A DNA stretch of 63,528 nt, counting the filler, from Pirum gemmata (lineage: Eukaryota), in NCBI GenBank assembly GCA_002812295.1. It is 18 parts of 18 records of this genome, joined end to end, with 100 filler letters (N's around TTAATTAATTAA, not from the genome) between each part and the next. Parts side by side here need not be neighbours in the genome. Positions count along the whole stretch, not along the records: positions 54,095 to 57,168 come from PDIN01003570.1; positions 57,269 to 60,336 come from PDIN01003571.1; positions 60,437 to 63,528 come from PDIN01003572.1; 15 more parts are not named here. One strand, given 5' to 3'. This document shows, in pieces, positions 54,095-63,528 of the stretch (positions within the stretch are counted from its first letter, which is position 1; each line of letters opens with the position of its first letter). The position numbers and the translations under genes are program-made. The notes below the pieces were generated by a model that was given only the letters and a program-made list of their open reading frames with translations, did no database searches and was not told where the DNA came from.

Positions 54095-54617
54095 AGTTAT
54101 TTTTACTATTTTTACTATTTTTACTATTTTTACTATTTTTACTATTTTTACTATTTTTACTATTTTTACTACTATTCTTACTACTATTCTTACTATTATT
54201 GTTACTATTCTTACTATTCTTACTATTGTTACTATTTTTATTCTTACTAATATGTTTATTTGTAACTTGTAATTTTTTATTTATAACCTTAATATTTCTA
54301 TCGGTTAATTTAATAGAATCTGATAATATTAATGACAGTTCCCCTAAGTCTTTCATATTTTGAGTTTCTATGTTTTTTATTTCATTTTTTAAATCATCAA
54401 ACTTGTAATAAGATGATACAAATAGATATATGATGGCCACTATAAGCAATATAATCGGTATCCAAATTAGAAAATTCGAGGCGACATGTCCAGGTTGTCC
54501 GGTAGACTGTGTAGACGGTGTAGACGGTGTAGACTGTGTAGACTGTGTAGACTGTGTGTGTGTAGACTTTGTAGACTGTGTAAAATTTTCGGGTATAAAG
54601 GAGGAAGTTTCATCCAT
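54095..54617 (-). CDS. Hypothetical viral-type membrane protein (STQ repeat, one TM helix, coiled coil, SKN-repeat tail; 3' truncated)
   Basis: ATG-initiated ORF with TM segment FLIWIPIILLIVAIIYLFV; runs off the scaffold end. Confidence 0.75.
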
Positions 54618-54698
54618 ATTTTTTTAAAAACAACCTTTGTTTTTAAATTAAATGATAATATAAATAATAATATAAAAATTAAAAATTAAAAATCAAAA
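54618..54698. promoter_or_regulatory. Probable bidirectional AT-rich viral promoter
   Basis: 81 bp between divergent ATGs, with tandem AAAATTAA/AAAAT motifs. Confidence 0.45.
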
Positions 54699-55748
54699 AT
54701 GAAACTTAATGAACGACAAAAGAATCATCTTATTAAGATGTGCGAGATCAGGCAATATAAAAATATAGATACGAACCCCGTCTTTGAAAATATTGCACCA
54801 GAGTTTCAGAGTATGGCCAACCTAGTAGAACTTCACTGTGACCATATTATTGTAATTTATACACAACATTACAAAAATAACATTGATTTTATTAAACATT
54901 TGCTTAAATTTGTCAAGTGTTTATCCAATATTAAGCATGTGATTATTATCCATAAAAACAACATTACAGCCAGTGTACGCAAAATTTCAAAGCAATCCAA
55001 CGAATTAGTCATTGAATTATTTAAAATCAACAAATTTGGCTTTTGTCCGTTGGATCACAAACTCGTACCAAAACATACACGAATTAGCAAAGATAGTGAG
55101 GAGTATAAAGAAATTTTCAACTTCGGCATTGACAAGTTACCTTTGTTATACAAATCCGATACCATAGTCCGTTATTATAACTATAAAGTAGGCGATGTAA
55201 TACGTATTGAAAGGAAAGATGGATTAGTAGCTTATCGAAAAGTGACCAATACCGTATCATCTACTATTGGGTTAAATTCGGTACCGGTAAAAAACTATTT
55301 ATCCAAGGACCCATTACTGCAAGAAAAAAACTTGGTTAATATTTTATTTGATTCTATTAGTCTACCTCCATCGCAAAAACAAAAGTTTACTGCCCATATT
55401 AACCGACAATATGATGATGATGATGATGATGATGATGTTGATATGGTATCTCATAAAAACAAACTTGCCTTTGAAATTTTGGGTCTATGTTGCTCATTAA
55501 AAAGTCTACAATTGGTTGATGAAAAGTTAACCCAAAATCCGACTTTGATACATGAATCGTTTGCCAAACAGCTTGATGATGAAGACCAATTCTTTCTTAA
55601 ACCACCCGAAGTCGTTGAAGGGTTGTATACTTGTCATAAATGTAAAAATTCATTAACAATTAGTTCAAGTAAACAAACTAGAAGTGCCGATGAACCTTCT
55701 ACCGTGTTTATCAAATGTGTTACCTGTAAAAATTCATGGATTGAATAA
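54699..55748 (+). CDS. RNA polymerase subunit RPB5 fused to a TFIIS-type transcript cleavage factor
   Basis: About aa 1-183 is RPB5 (HKLVPKH...KLPLLYKSDTIVRYY...GDVIRIERK...YRKV). The C-terminus is a TFIIS zinc ribbon, EGLYTCHKC...QTRSADEPSTVFIKCVTC...W. No stop or gap between them. Confidence 0.9.
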   Translation: MKLNERQKNHLIKMCEIRQYKNIDTNPVFENIAPEFQSMANLVELHCDHIIVIYTQHYKNNIDFIKHLLKFVKCLSNIKHVIIIHKNNITASVRKISKQSNELVIELFKINKFGFCPLDHKLVPKHTRISKDSEEYKEIFNFGIDKLPLLYKSDTIVRYYNYKVGDVIRIERKDGLVAYRKVTNTVSSTIGLNSVPVKNYLSKDPLLQEKNLVNILFDSISLPPSQKQKFTAHINRQYDDDDDDDDVDMVSHKNKLAFEILGLCCSLKSLQLVDEKLTQNPTLIHESFAKQLDDEDQFFLKPPEVVEGLYTCHKCKNSLTISSSKQTRSADEPSTVFIKCVTCKNSWIE

Positions 55749-55757
55749 TTTTGTTGT

Positions 55758-56174
55758 TTAAGGGGTTTGTGTTGATTGTGTTGATTGTGTTGATTGTGTT
55801 GATTGTGTTGATTGTGTTGATTGTGTTGATTGTGTTGATTGTGTTGATTGTGTTGATTGTGCCGATACCGGAGCGTATACCGGAGCCGATACCGGAGCCG
55901 ATAACGGTGAAGAAGTCATCATATCATTTTGGAAGACATGGCTTTGTCGATGTTGTGACTTTATTTGTTGTTTTATAGATTCCATACTGGGATGTATGTA
56001 ATTATTTATATATTGTACTGTTTTTTCAATATTCTCCGTATTGTATTGAATTTTAGGAACGTTATCGTTAATATAGGAAACAATAGTTTCTAGGTCTTTC
56101 CTTAACGTTAACAACTCTTGAAATAATTGAATTTGTTTTTCTTCTTTAGAAGGATAATTGTTAAGTTTTAACAT
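55758..56174 (-). CDS. Hypothetical viral-type protein (helical N-terminus, APVS and STQ repeats)
   Basis: 138-aa ORF with AAAAATG start, packed tail-to-tail with the RPB5-TFIIS gene. Confidence 0.7.
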   Translation of the reverse strand: MLKLNNYPSKEEKQIQLFQELLTLRKDLETIVSYINDNVPKIQYNTENIEKTVQYINNYIHPSMESIKQQIKSQHRQSHVFQNDMMTSSPLSAPVSAPVYAPVSAQSTQSTQSTQSTQSTQSTQSTQSTQSTQSTQTP

Positions 56175-56233
56175 TTTTAGTAGTTATTTAAAGTCATTTA
56201 AAGTAATTTTTTAAATAAAGTTTTTTAAATAAA

Positions 56234-57058
56234 TTAATTTAAATTTGATAAATAATTAAAGGGAATATTAAAGACTTTATTAATAATAAACTTGCAATGT
56301 GCATTTATTAGCAGTATTTTATGAATATTAGAAGCCACAATACTAGCAGTATCATAGCTGTTACGGCTTTTGTTTTCGCTCAGATTTTTATAATGCACTG
56401 GATAAAATGATTTAGGCAGACAACGATGCATTTTCGCTAAACAATCCAAGTTTATCCAAACGTAACCATTGACATCGCTATTTTGTAACGTAACTTTTAA
56501 ACTTGTTTCCACGGGGATTACATAATACAAAACACATTTTTGTATTTTTATTTGCTGTATTGAATTACCTAGTAAAGTCTCCTTGGAAATTTTTATTCCA
56601 GTTTCCTCTTCTAATTCTCGTACAGCACAAGAAGGAAAATCTTCCTTAGCCAAGAACGATCCTTTGGGAAACCCCCAAAGGTCACCATGACTTTGGACTA
56701 GTAATACTTGGTTATTATTTTTATTAAACAAAATTACTCCAGCTTTGTTTTTATGTAACGGGTAAATTTTTTTATCATAGTCTCGGGCAGTTAGGCCATC
56801 GTTCCATTTGATACTAGTAAATTTAATAGCGTCCGTGACCCGAAATACACATTGGTTACATGGACATTCATAGTTCAATGGAAAGATAACGTCGGTCAAT
56901 CGATTATATAGCTCATAATTCAAATGTTTATTAAAGGTATGAGTTCTATATTTGTTAACTAACGAACTAGGGGTCGCATCCGAGTCTTGTGATATACTTT
57001 TCGGTGTAGTATGTGTATGTGTTGAGTATAAAATTGATTTTTTGGATATAGAATTCAT
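56234..57058 (-). CDS. Nudix hydrolase (viral mRNA-decapping type likely)
   Basis: WGFPKG-SFLAK-E-DFPSCAV-RELEEETGI is a complete GX5EX7REUXEEXGU Nudix box. First usable ATG at 57058 (ORF track starts at TTG 57085). Confidence 0.9.
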   Translation of the reverse strand: MNSISKKSILYSTHTHTTPKSISQDSDATPSSLVNKYRTHTFNKHLNYELYNRLTDVIFPLNYECPCNQCVFRVTDAIKFTSIKWNDGLTARDYDKKIYPLHKNKAGVILFNKNNNQVLLVQSHGDLWGFPKGSFLAKEDFPSCAVRELEEETGIKISKETLLGNSIQQIKIQKCVLYYVIPVETSLKVTLQNSDVNGYVWINLDCLAKMHRCLPKSFYPVHYKNLSENKSRNSYDTASIVASNIHKILLINAHCKFIINKVFNIPFNYLSNLN

Positions 57059-58429
57059 GATGATTAATATATTTGTGCATTTCAAATCCTATTTATTTAC
57101 TTTCATATTTTTTTCCTCTAAGCTAAAAAATATATATATAAATGTTTGAAATAAAATAATAAAATAATNNNNNNNNNNNNNNNNNNNNNNNNNNNNNNNN
57201 NNNNNNNNNNNNTTAATTAATTAANNNNNNNNNNNNNNNNNNNNNNNNNNNNNNNNNNNNNNNNNNNNTATTATTATTATTTTAAAAATAGTAATAATAC
57301 TATAATAATGGTAATAAGAATATATTAAAATAAGAATAATAGTATAGTAATGATAACAACAATAATAAAATTCTTCAATTTGTTTTTGTCTTAATTATGA
57401 TAACATGATTTACATCAGTGTTGCATTGTCAATTACGTATAATTTAAGTTATTGAGAAATTATTTTATTGATATAATACTTTTTTTGATTGTATATAATA
57501 TATCAAAATACTTTTTTTAAAAAAAAAATTAATTAGGAAATTAATTGAAAAATGATTATGGCACACTGTTACGCACTCGTACGCGTTGTTACCAATCTTG
57601 CTGTTGCTGTTGTTACTGTACTAGTTGCTATTGCTCTTGCTCTTGTTTTTACATTTGTTGTAAAAGTTATCGTTATATCGCTGTGCTGTTTTGTTGTTAT
57701 TATTAATTGATTATGGTGAAGTTGACGTTGGCGTTGGTAGTATAACCACAACCATGTACAGTATTTTAATGACAATTATAATAATGATAATATTATAATA
57801 TAATATAGTTATAATTATACTGTTATATTATAATATATACATTTGTTGTAACAGTTAGTTTATGTATGATAAACAAATAATAATAGAAATAATAATAATA
57901 TGGGTGTAATAATAATAATACTTAATAATAATAATAATAAAATAATACCTACATTCCTCCAAAAAATACTAGTAGTAGCTCTAGTAGTTTTGATTTTGTA
58001 TATACTTTCTGTACATAATATCGATATACATTAAGCTATGATACCATTGAGGTTATAAAATTTAATAATAAGAACCTGAAAAATATGACATAGACCCAGG
58101 TCTACGACTGCAAACTCTACTGCTGCAGCTAATATTAATTATATAATCATAGTACAGGAGTGTACAGGAAGAACACTGGAAAAACTTGTGTTACTATAAA
58201 AGTAAAAAATATAAAAAAAAAGAAAAGAAAAGGAGAATCAGGATTCAGGAGATTCCATACATAAATTCCAACAACTATGGAAGACATGCAATTGGGCAAT
58301 AGAAAATCTGTTCAACTTAGAATATTCCAAATAAAGAACTTTTGAGTCTTGAATTCTAAAAACAACCAAATATAGTAACTTTTTAAAATGAAAAAAATGT
58401 TTTTCCCTAGACTATCTAGGACTATGGTG

Positions 58430-58582
58430 CAGCGCGCTTAACATTTACCAACTTTCGAAAAGTCACCAAATTTTTTCTGACGGCTTGAACGTTTCGAACT
58501 TAGTAAATTTATATATTCGAAATAGAATATTATTATTACTATGTCCCAAAAAGTTGTGGTTTCTTAAACGCAATGTACCATA
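58430..58582. repeat. Interspersed repeat family F (contiguous copy; split copy at 21722-21759 plus 22398-22500)
   Basis: GCGC(C/T)TAACATTTACCAACTTT..CGGCTTGAAC..ATATTCGAAATAGAATATTATTATTACT..TCCCAAAAAGTTG shared between both sites. Confidence 0.7.
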
Positions 58583-58824
58583 TGTATTAGAAAAAAAGGA
58601 AAAATGTTCACCCAGTGTTTAGACTGTGTTTAGGGAGCATTCAAATAATACGTCACACGTCAAGGGGCAGGTAGGTAGGTGGTATTTGACCGGAAATTAA
58701 CGTCGAGGGGTAGGTAGTTAGGGGTATTTGAAGCTGTATTTCTGTGTTTAAAAAACTCTACCAATAGCAATGAAGCTATTAGACTATTGTCAGAGCTCGC
58801 TACTACTCTAGCTAGTAGTAGCTA

Positions 58825-59002
58825 TCGTGCTTTTCATTTAGTTTGTCACTCTTTTAAAAAAAATATTTATTTGGATGGTTATAATCTTTAAATTGGCATT
58901 TTTAAGTCAATACATAGATAATAAAATATACCAAATTAAATCAAATGGATTTATATAGTAGTAATTTGGTACTATTTATTATATTTTATCATGACAAAAC
59001 AA
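58825..59002. mobile_element. MITE family A, right TIR truncated
   Basis: Left TIR and body. Confidence 0.75.
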
Positions 59003-59073
59003 TCATTAGCTAGAGTAGTATGATGGTGATGGTGATGGTGATGGTGATGGTGTGTGGTGATGGTGATGGTGAT

Positions 59074-59117
<44 letters not shown>

Positions 59118-59284
59118 CGACTGCGGATTCCTATTTACAGTTAAAAATAAACTATTTAAAGTAACTTAAGTTTGCGGAATTAGTGCCAATTTAAGGGGTC
59201 ATTTATTTATAGGACTCTTATAGGTGTCCCCCCTCCTATGAGAATGCTCTTAGCATGAGAACATGTGTATAGTTCTCAATGGTA

Positions 59285-59470
59285 TAGTGTTTTTTAGTTA
59301 TTTTGTCGTCATAAAATATACAATAAATAGCACCAAATTAATACAATATAAATCCATTTAATTTAATTAGGTATATTTTATTATTTATTGATTGATTTAA
59401 AAAATGTCGATTTAAAGATTATAACCCTCCAAATAAATATTCTGCGTGACAAAATAAATGAAAAGCACGA
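59285..59470. mobile_element. MITE family A
   Basis: TIRs, TA flanks. Confidence 0.8.
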
Positions 59471-59569
59471 TACTATGATGCAAACAACGTTTAATTAAAA
59501 GCATCCTACTTGTGGGTTTCACTATAATTTTCAGTTTTCGAACATAATATGTACGTATTGTAATAGGTA

Positions 59570-59734
59570 TCGTGCCTTTCATTTATTTTGTCACTCTGAA
59601 TATTTATTTGGATGGTTATAATCTTTAAATCGACATTTTTAAATCAATAAATAAATAATAAAATAAACCAAATTAAATTAAATAAATCTATATTGTATTA
59701 ATTTGGTACTATTTATTACAACTGAAAAGCACTA
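59570..59734. mobile_element. MITE family A
   Basis: TIRs, TA flanks, small internal deletion. Confidence 0.8.
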
Positions 59735-60906
59735 TATCAAATAGATTTAAAAATATTTTGATAATATATATACATGATATATATTATATTCAAGAACTTC
59801 AAAAAAAAAAAGACTTGAAGTCCTTGATATATTATTTATTTTTGTTAATTAATTAATAGAATTTTTGTTTTTATTTTCATTTTCATTTTCATTTTTATTT
59901 TTATTTTTATTTTTAAAAAAAATTTTATTTTTATTTTTTAATACATACCCAAGCCGGATAAAACTGTAGAAATCATTTTTTTTAGGTTTCTCAACTAGCC
60001 AAATTATTTTTAAAAACTGACCATTGGCTCATAAAAGAGATTTCTTAGTTAGACTATTATATTTTTCTCAATTTTGGTAGTACTTTGAAATTTTTTGTAA
60101 CTTTTAGTTCTCAGTGAATTCATTGAATATACCTGTTTGATATTATTATGAATCATTACTGGACAAACATTATATGAATCAGTACTAGTCATTTTGCAAC
60201 TATTTTGTAAAAAATAATAATAATAATAATAATATTAATATTATATTAATAAAAAATTTATATGAATATATTATTATAAATATAAAAATAAAGAAGATTA
60301 TGATATTGTGCTTTTCATTTATTTTGTCACTCCGAANNNNNNNNNNNNNNNNNNNNNNNNNNNNNNNNNNNNNNNNNNNNTTAATTAATTAANNNNNNNN
60401 NNNNNNNNNNNNNNNNNNNNNNNNNNNNNNNNNNNNCATTTCGACATTTCGTTTAGTCTATTGATTATAATAATAATATATTATATAAATTTGTGAAAAA
60501 ATACATACACAATTAACTACCGCAAAATGGAGTATAAGAGTATTATTACACGGTTTACACCATATAATATTATAATAACCTAAAATGGTTAATTTTACAA
60601 AAAAAAAAAACTTAGGTCTAGTAGCTTTTGACATTTTCTTTTGATATTTTCTTCATATTTTCTTTTTCAAAAGGGCCTCACCTCCATGCTCAATCAAGTT
60701 TAGAGTTCAAGCTCAACACTAAAGCTCCTTATTAGTGACGCGGGCCGGGCTGACGCCGCTACAAATTTATAACTAGTCTAATTTCAACTCCTTGCTAATT
60801 TATACAATATATAATATATTATCTTTTAAAAAAGTTTATTTATATATATAGCGCCCTGGGGTCTATATAGAATTGCTATCGATAGTATAGACTCTACTAG
60901 CTAGAG

Positions 60907-61080
60907 TCGTTGTTTTGGCATCATAATATATACAATAAAAAGTAAGAAATTAATATAATATAATCAATTTTATTTAATTTGGTATATTTTATTATCTATT
61001 TATTCATTTAAAAAATGTCAATTAAAAAGTTATAATCTAACAAATAAATATTCAGATTGACAAATAAACGAAAAGCACAA
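60907..61080. mobile_element. MITE family A, diverged
   Basis: Right TIR GAAAAGCACAA-TA and body. Confidence 0.7.
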
Positions 61081-61541
61081 TATAATATATATTATATTTT
61101 TTAATTAAAAAATTGTATACCGGTATTGATACTGGTATATAGGTCTCCTAAATTTATTTTCTCTTGATATTGGTAGTCTATAAAAAGGTCAACTAGAACA
61201 CTAATAAAAAAGCAAAAAAGCAAAAAAGCAAAAACGCAAAAAGCAAAAAGCAAAAAGCAAACAGCAAAAAGCGAAAAGCAAAAAAACTAAAAAGCAAAAA
61301 CAAAAGAACAACAAAAGAACAACAACAAACAACAACAAATAACAACAAACAACAACAAACAAACAACTACAAACTTAAACAACAACAAACCACCACCACA
61401 AACCACCACCACCACCACCACCACAACAACAACAAAAAGCAACAACAAACAACAACAAACAACAACAACAAACAACAACAACAAACAAACAACAAACAAA
61501 CAACAAACAAACAACAAACAAACAACAAACAAACAACAACA

Positions 61542-63188
61542 ATGAGTTTACAAGTATTTCCCTTTATTATTTGTAGCTATTTCATAGCATACTTGAATTT
61601 ATTTGGGATGTACTCCTATGCCACTTCAAATTCTTTATCCCAATCCTCAACAAACCTTACACCTGATCAACTAATCTCCAAAATGGTAACTAATGGCCCA
61701 ATCAATAACAATTACGATGCTTTTGTAATATACACTCTTGAAGAAATCAATCAAATTTATGCCACAACGTACGCTAACCAACTTATACCCTTACAGCCAT
61801 TTACCATGAATTATAACGTCACTAACGCCACTGACGCCTCGATTCAACCACCTATTTATTGGTACTATTATTCTATTGTAATGAGTTTCACTAATCCAGT
61901 ACTTTCGTTTAACGAAGAAGGTCTGGTTGTTTTGTCTCAAACCATCTCACCTGGAAGTTATTACAATCAAACAACTTGTTATGGACCCCCGCTGATCAAC
62001 ACAACTCAAACTTCAGTGGAAAAAGTTTATTTCAATAACGCCACTTTCACTTTAACCTGCCCATTAGCTAAAATGCAAAGCATAGTTGAAGGAGGACTTA
62101 TAGCTTTAAACTTAACAAACTCTACGCTGGAAATTAACGAACCAAACTTACCTTCACAATTTGCAACAGATTTTGCTGATTACTGGAAGGACGGGAAAGA
62201 TGAAATATATACTTTGGGGAAAATTACAGACGCGGGTAAAGTTTACAATTCACTCGTACCATATGATTTCGACGTTTGCACTATACCAAAACAACTTAAT
62301 GATGAAAATGCTTATGTTGTGATTGTAATCAACACCCAGGCCTCGAACCAAACAGTACAACTAAATGTGAGCTGTTATGAGTTATTCCCTGCATCTTTGT
62401 ATGAAACAATGATTCCACAAGGTTATGGTGTCTCGTTGTATTTATCCACGCGAAATATGGCTTCATTCTTACAAGATACTTTAGCAGATACAGTAAATGT
62501 CAATGAAGTGAAAATAAATGAACAAACTGGGCAAATGTTAAACATGACCGCAAACTCGACTCTGTACAATGTTCAATATATAGATAATTCACAATGTAAA
62601 GTAGACAGCACTTCGACTATGAATGGGGAATATTACAACTGTGGTTATTCATCTAAAAAAACTGTAACAAATGGTGCAAAACCCAGTTTCTTGAAAGATA
62701 ATAGTAAAGAAGGTACACCTTCATATGTGTGGCAGTTACAGGCAGAGCACGATGATGTTGCTTCGTGTGCTCAGTGGGGTAGTAACCCTTTAGCAAACGT
62801 AAAGTGTGGTTGTTGTTATGGCCAAAATGGTCCTCACGACGTATGTGTTAAACCTCAGTATTTTTCAGGTCTTGATTTAGAATTAAATATGAACGCCTTT
62901 GATGCAGATTTGAATATAACTTTGAATTATAATCATACTTATACATCAGCAGTTCAGGCCTGTGATTCTTATTCAGTTACTGCTTCACCTATAAATCGAA
63001 CTGGGGTATTTACTAGTGCTATAACAAATGTAGACCAAGCCTCCCATACCATATCTGAAACCTTATCTGTTTTTCGTCTTTCTAATATTCTCTTTCCTGA
63101 ATGTCATGTAATGAGTTTTAATTATGTAAAACATACTCCAGATTTAGCAATTTTTGGGGAAATGATAAAAGGGGGGTCTGGATGTTGA
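61542..63188 (+). CDS. 548-aa intronless secreted or membrane-anchored protein, possibly P47/TULIP-like, with Cys-rich C-terminal half
   Basis: Intact long ORF with hydrophobic N-terminus and many NxS/T sequons; terminal motifs YDAFVIYTLEEINQIY and FRLSNILFP...PDLAIFG. The ORF is confident; the family is tentative. Confidence 0.85.
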   Translation: MSLQVFPFIICSYFIAYLNLFGMYSYATSNSLSQSSTNLTPDQLISKMVTNGPINNNYDAFVIYTLEEINQIYATTYANQLIPLQPFTMNYNVTNATDASIQPPIYWYYYSIVMSFTNPVLSFNEEGLVVLSQTISPGSYYNQTTCYGPPLINTTQTSVEKVYFNNATFTLTCPLAKMQSIVEGGLIALNLTNSTLEINEPNLPSQFATDFADYWKDGKDEIYTLGKITDAGKVYNSLVPYDFDVCTIPKQLNDENAYVVIVINTQASNQTVQLNVSCYELFPASLYETMIPQGYGVSLYLSTRNMASFLQDTLADTVNVNEVKINEQTGQMLNMTANSTLYNVQYIDNSQCKVDSTSTMNGEYYNCGYSSKKTVTNGAKPSFLKDNSKEGTPSYVWQLQAEHDDVASCAQWGSNPLANVKCGCCYGQNGPHDVCVKPQYFSGLDLELNMNAFDADLNITLNYNHTYTSAVQACDSYSVTASPINRTGVFTSAITNVDQASHTISETLSVFRLSNILFPECHVMSFNYVKHTPDLAIFGEMIKGGSGC

Positions 63189-63214
63189 AATCAAAAGATA
63201 ATTTATTATTTATT

Positions 63215-63528
63215 ATATATCATTTTTATTTATTATATTATTTATTCAACCAAAATAATAAAAAATGGTTACCAATTTAAATATTAAAAATGTGCAATTA
63301 TTAAATTATTTTTCTGTTGATGTTAGTTAGGTCATGAGAACTGCAATAATTATTTATTAGACTATATATCATTTTTATTTCAACCAAAATAATAAAAAAT
63401 GGTTACCAATTTAAATATTAAAAATGTGCAAATACATTATTTTCCTGTTGGTGTTAGGTCACGAGAACTGCAATTATTTATTATATATCATTTTTATTTC
63501 AACCAAAATAATAAAAAAATGGTTATTA
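63215..63528. repeat. About 120-135-bp tandem repeat (2.5 units) downstream of the 548-aa gene
   Basis: TTCAACCAAAATAATAAAAAATGGTTA recurs near 63246, 63379 and 63498. Confidence 0.85.

Larger units (their letters stand above)
54095..57168. other. Giant-virus-like (Nucleocytoviricota) scaffold
   Basis: Four intronless ORFs with 9-81-bp spacing, A-run ATG contexts, viral-type RPB5, TFIIS and Nudix; no MITEs. Confidence 0.8.

Noticed and set aside
50946..57168. FAS gene adjacent to the viral genes as evidence of integration or a virus-borne FAS
   Set aside because: A linker at 53995-54094 separates them; adjacency is artificial.

Overview
This is not one locus. It is 18 short scaffolds (mostly about 3.1 kb; four are 3.6-6.1 kb) joined by an artificial 100-nt linker, N44-TTAATTAATTAA-N44, so adjacency across linkers is meaningless. 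Most scaffolds come from a very AT-rich, microsatellite-rich eukaryote with GT-AG introns and TTAGGG repeats. A unicellular opisthokont or early-diverging fungus is plausible but unproven. Spliced host gene fragments read by hand: a POT/PTR peptide transporter, a bHLH exon, POLD3, an amidase-signature enzyme and a fungal-type fatty acid synthase (alpha/KR region). There are two intact intronless genes: a secreted protein with two 6-Cys modules and EPEPEYK repeats (10060-10989), and a 548-aa protein with P47/TULIP-like terminal motifs (61542-63188). Mobile DNA is abundant: MITE families with TA, 8-bp, 3-bp and TTAA target duplications, chromovirus and copia relics, and a P-like transposase pseudogene. 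The standout is scaffold 54095-57168, a gene-dense, intronless, MITE-free piece that looks like a giant virus (Nucleocytoviricota, iridovirus-like). It encodes a Nudix hydrolase and a single ORF fusing RNA polymerase subunit RPB5 to a TFIIS cleavage-factor domain. All family calls come from motif recognition by eye, not database searches.
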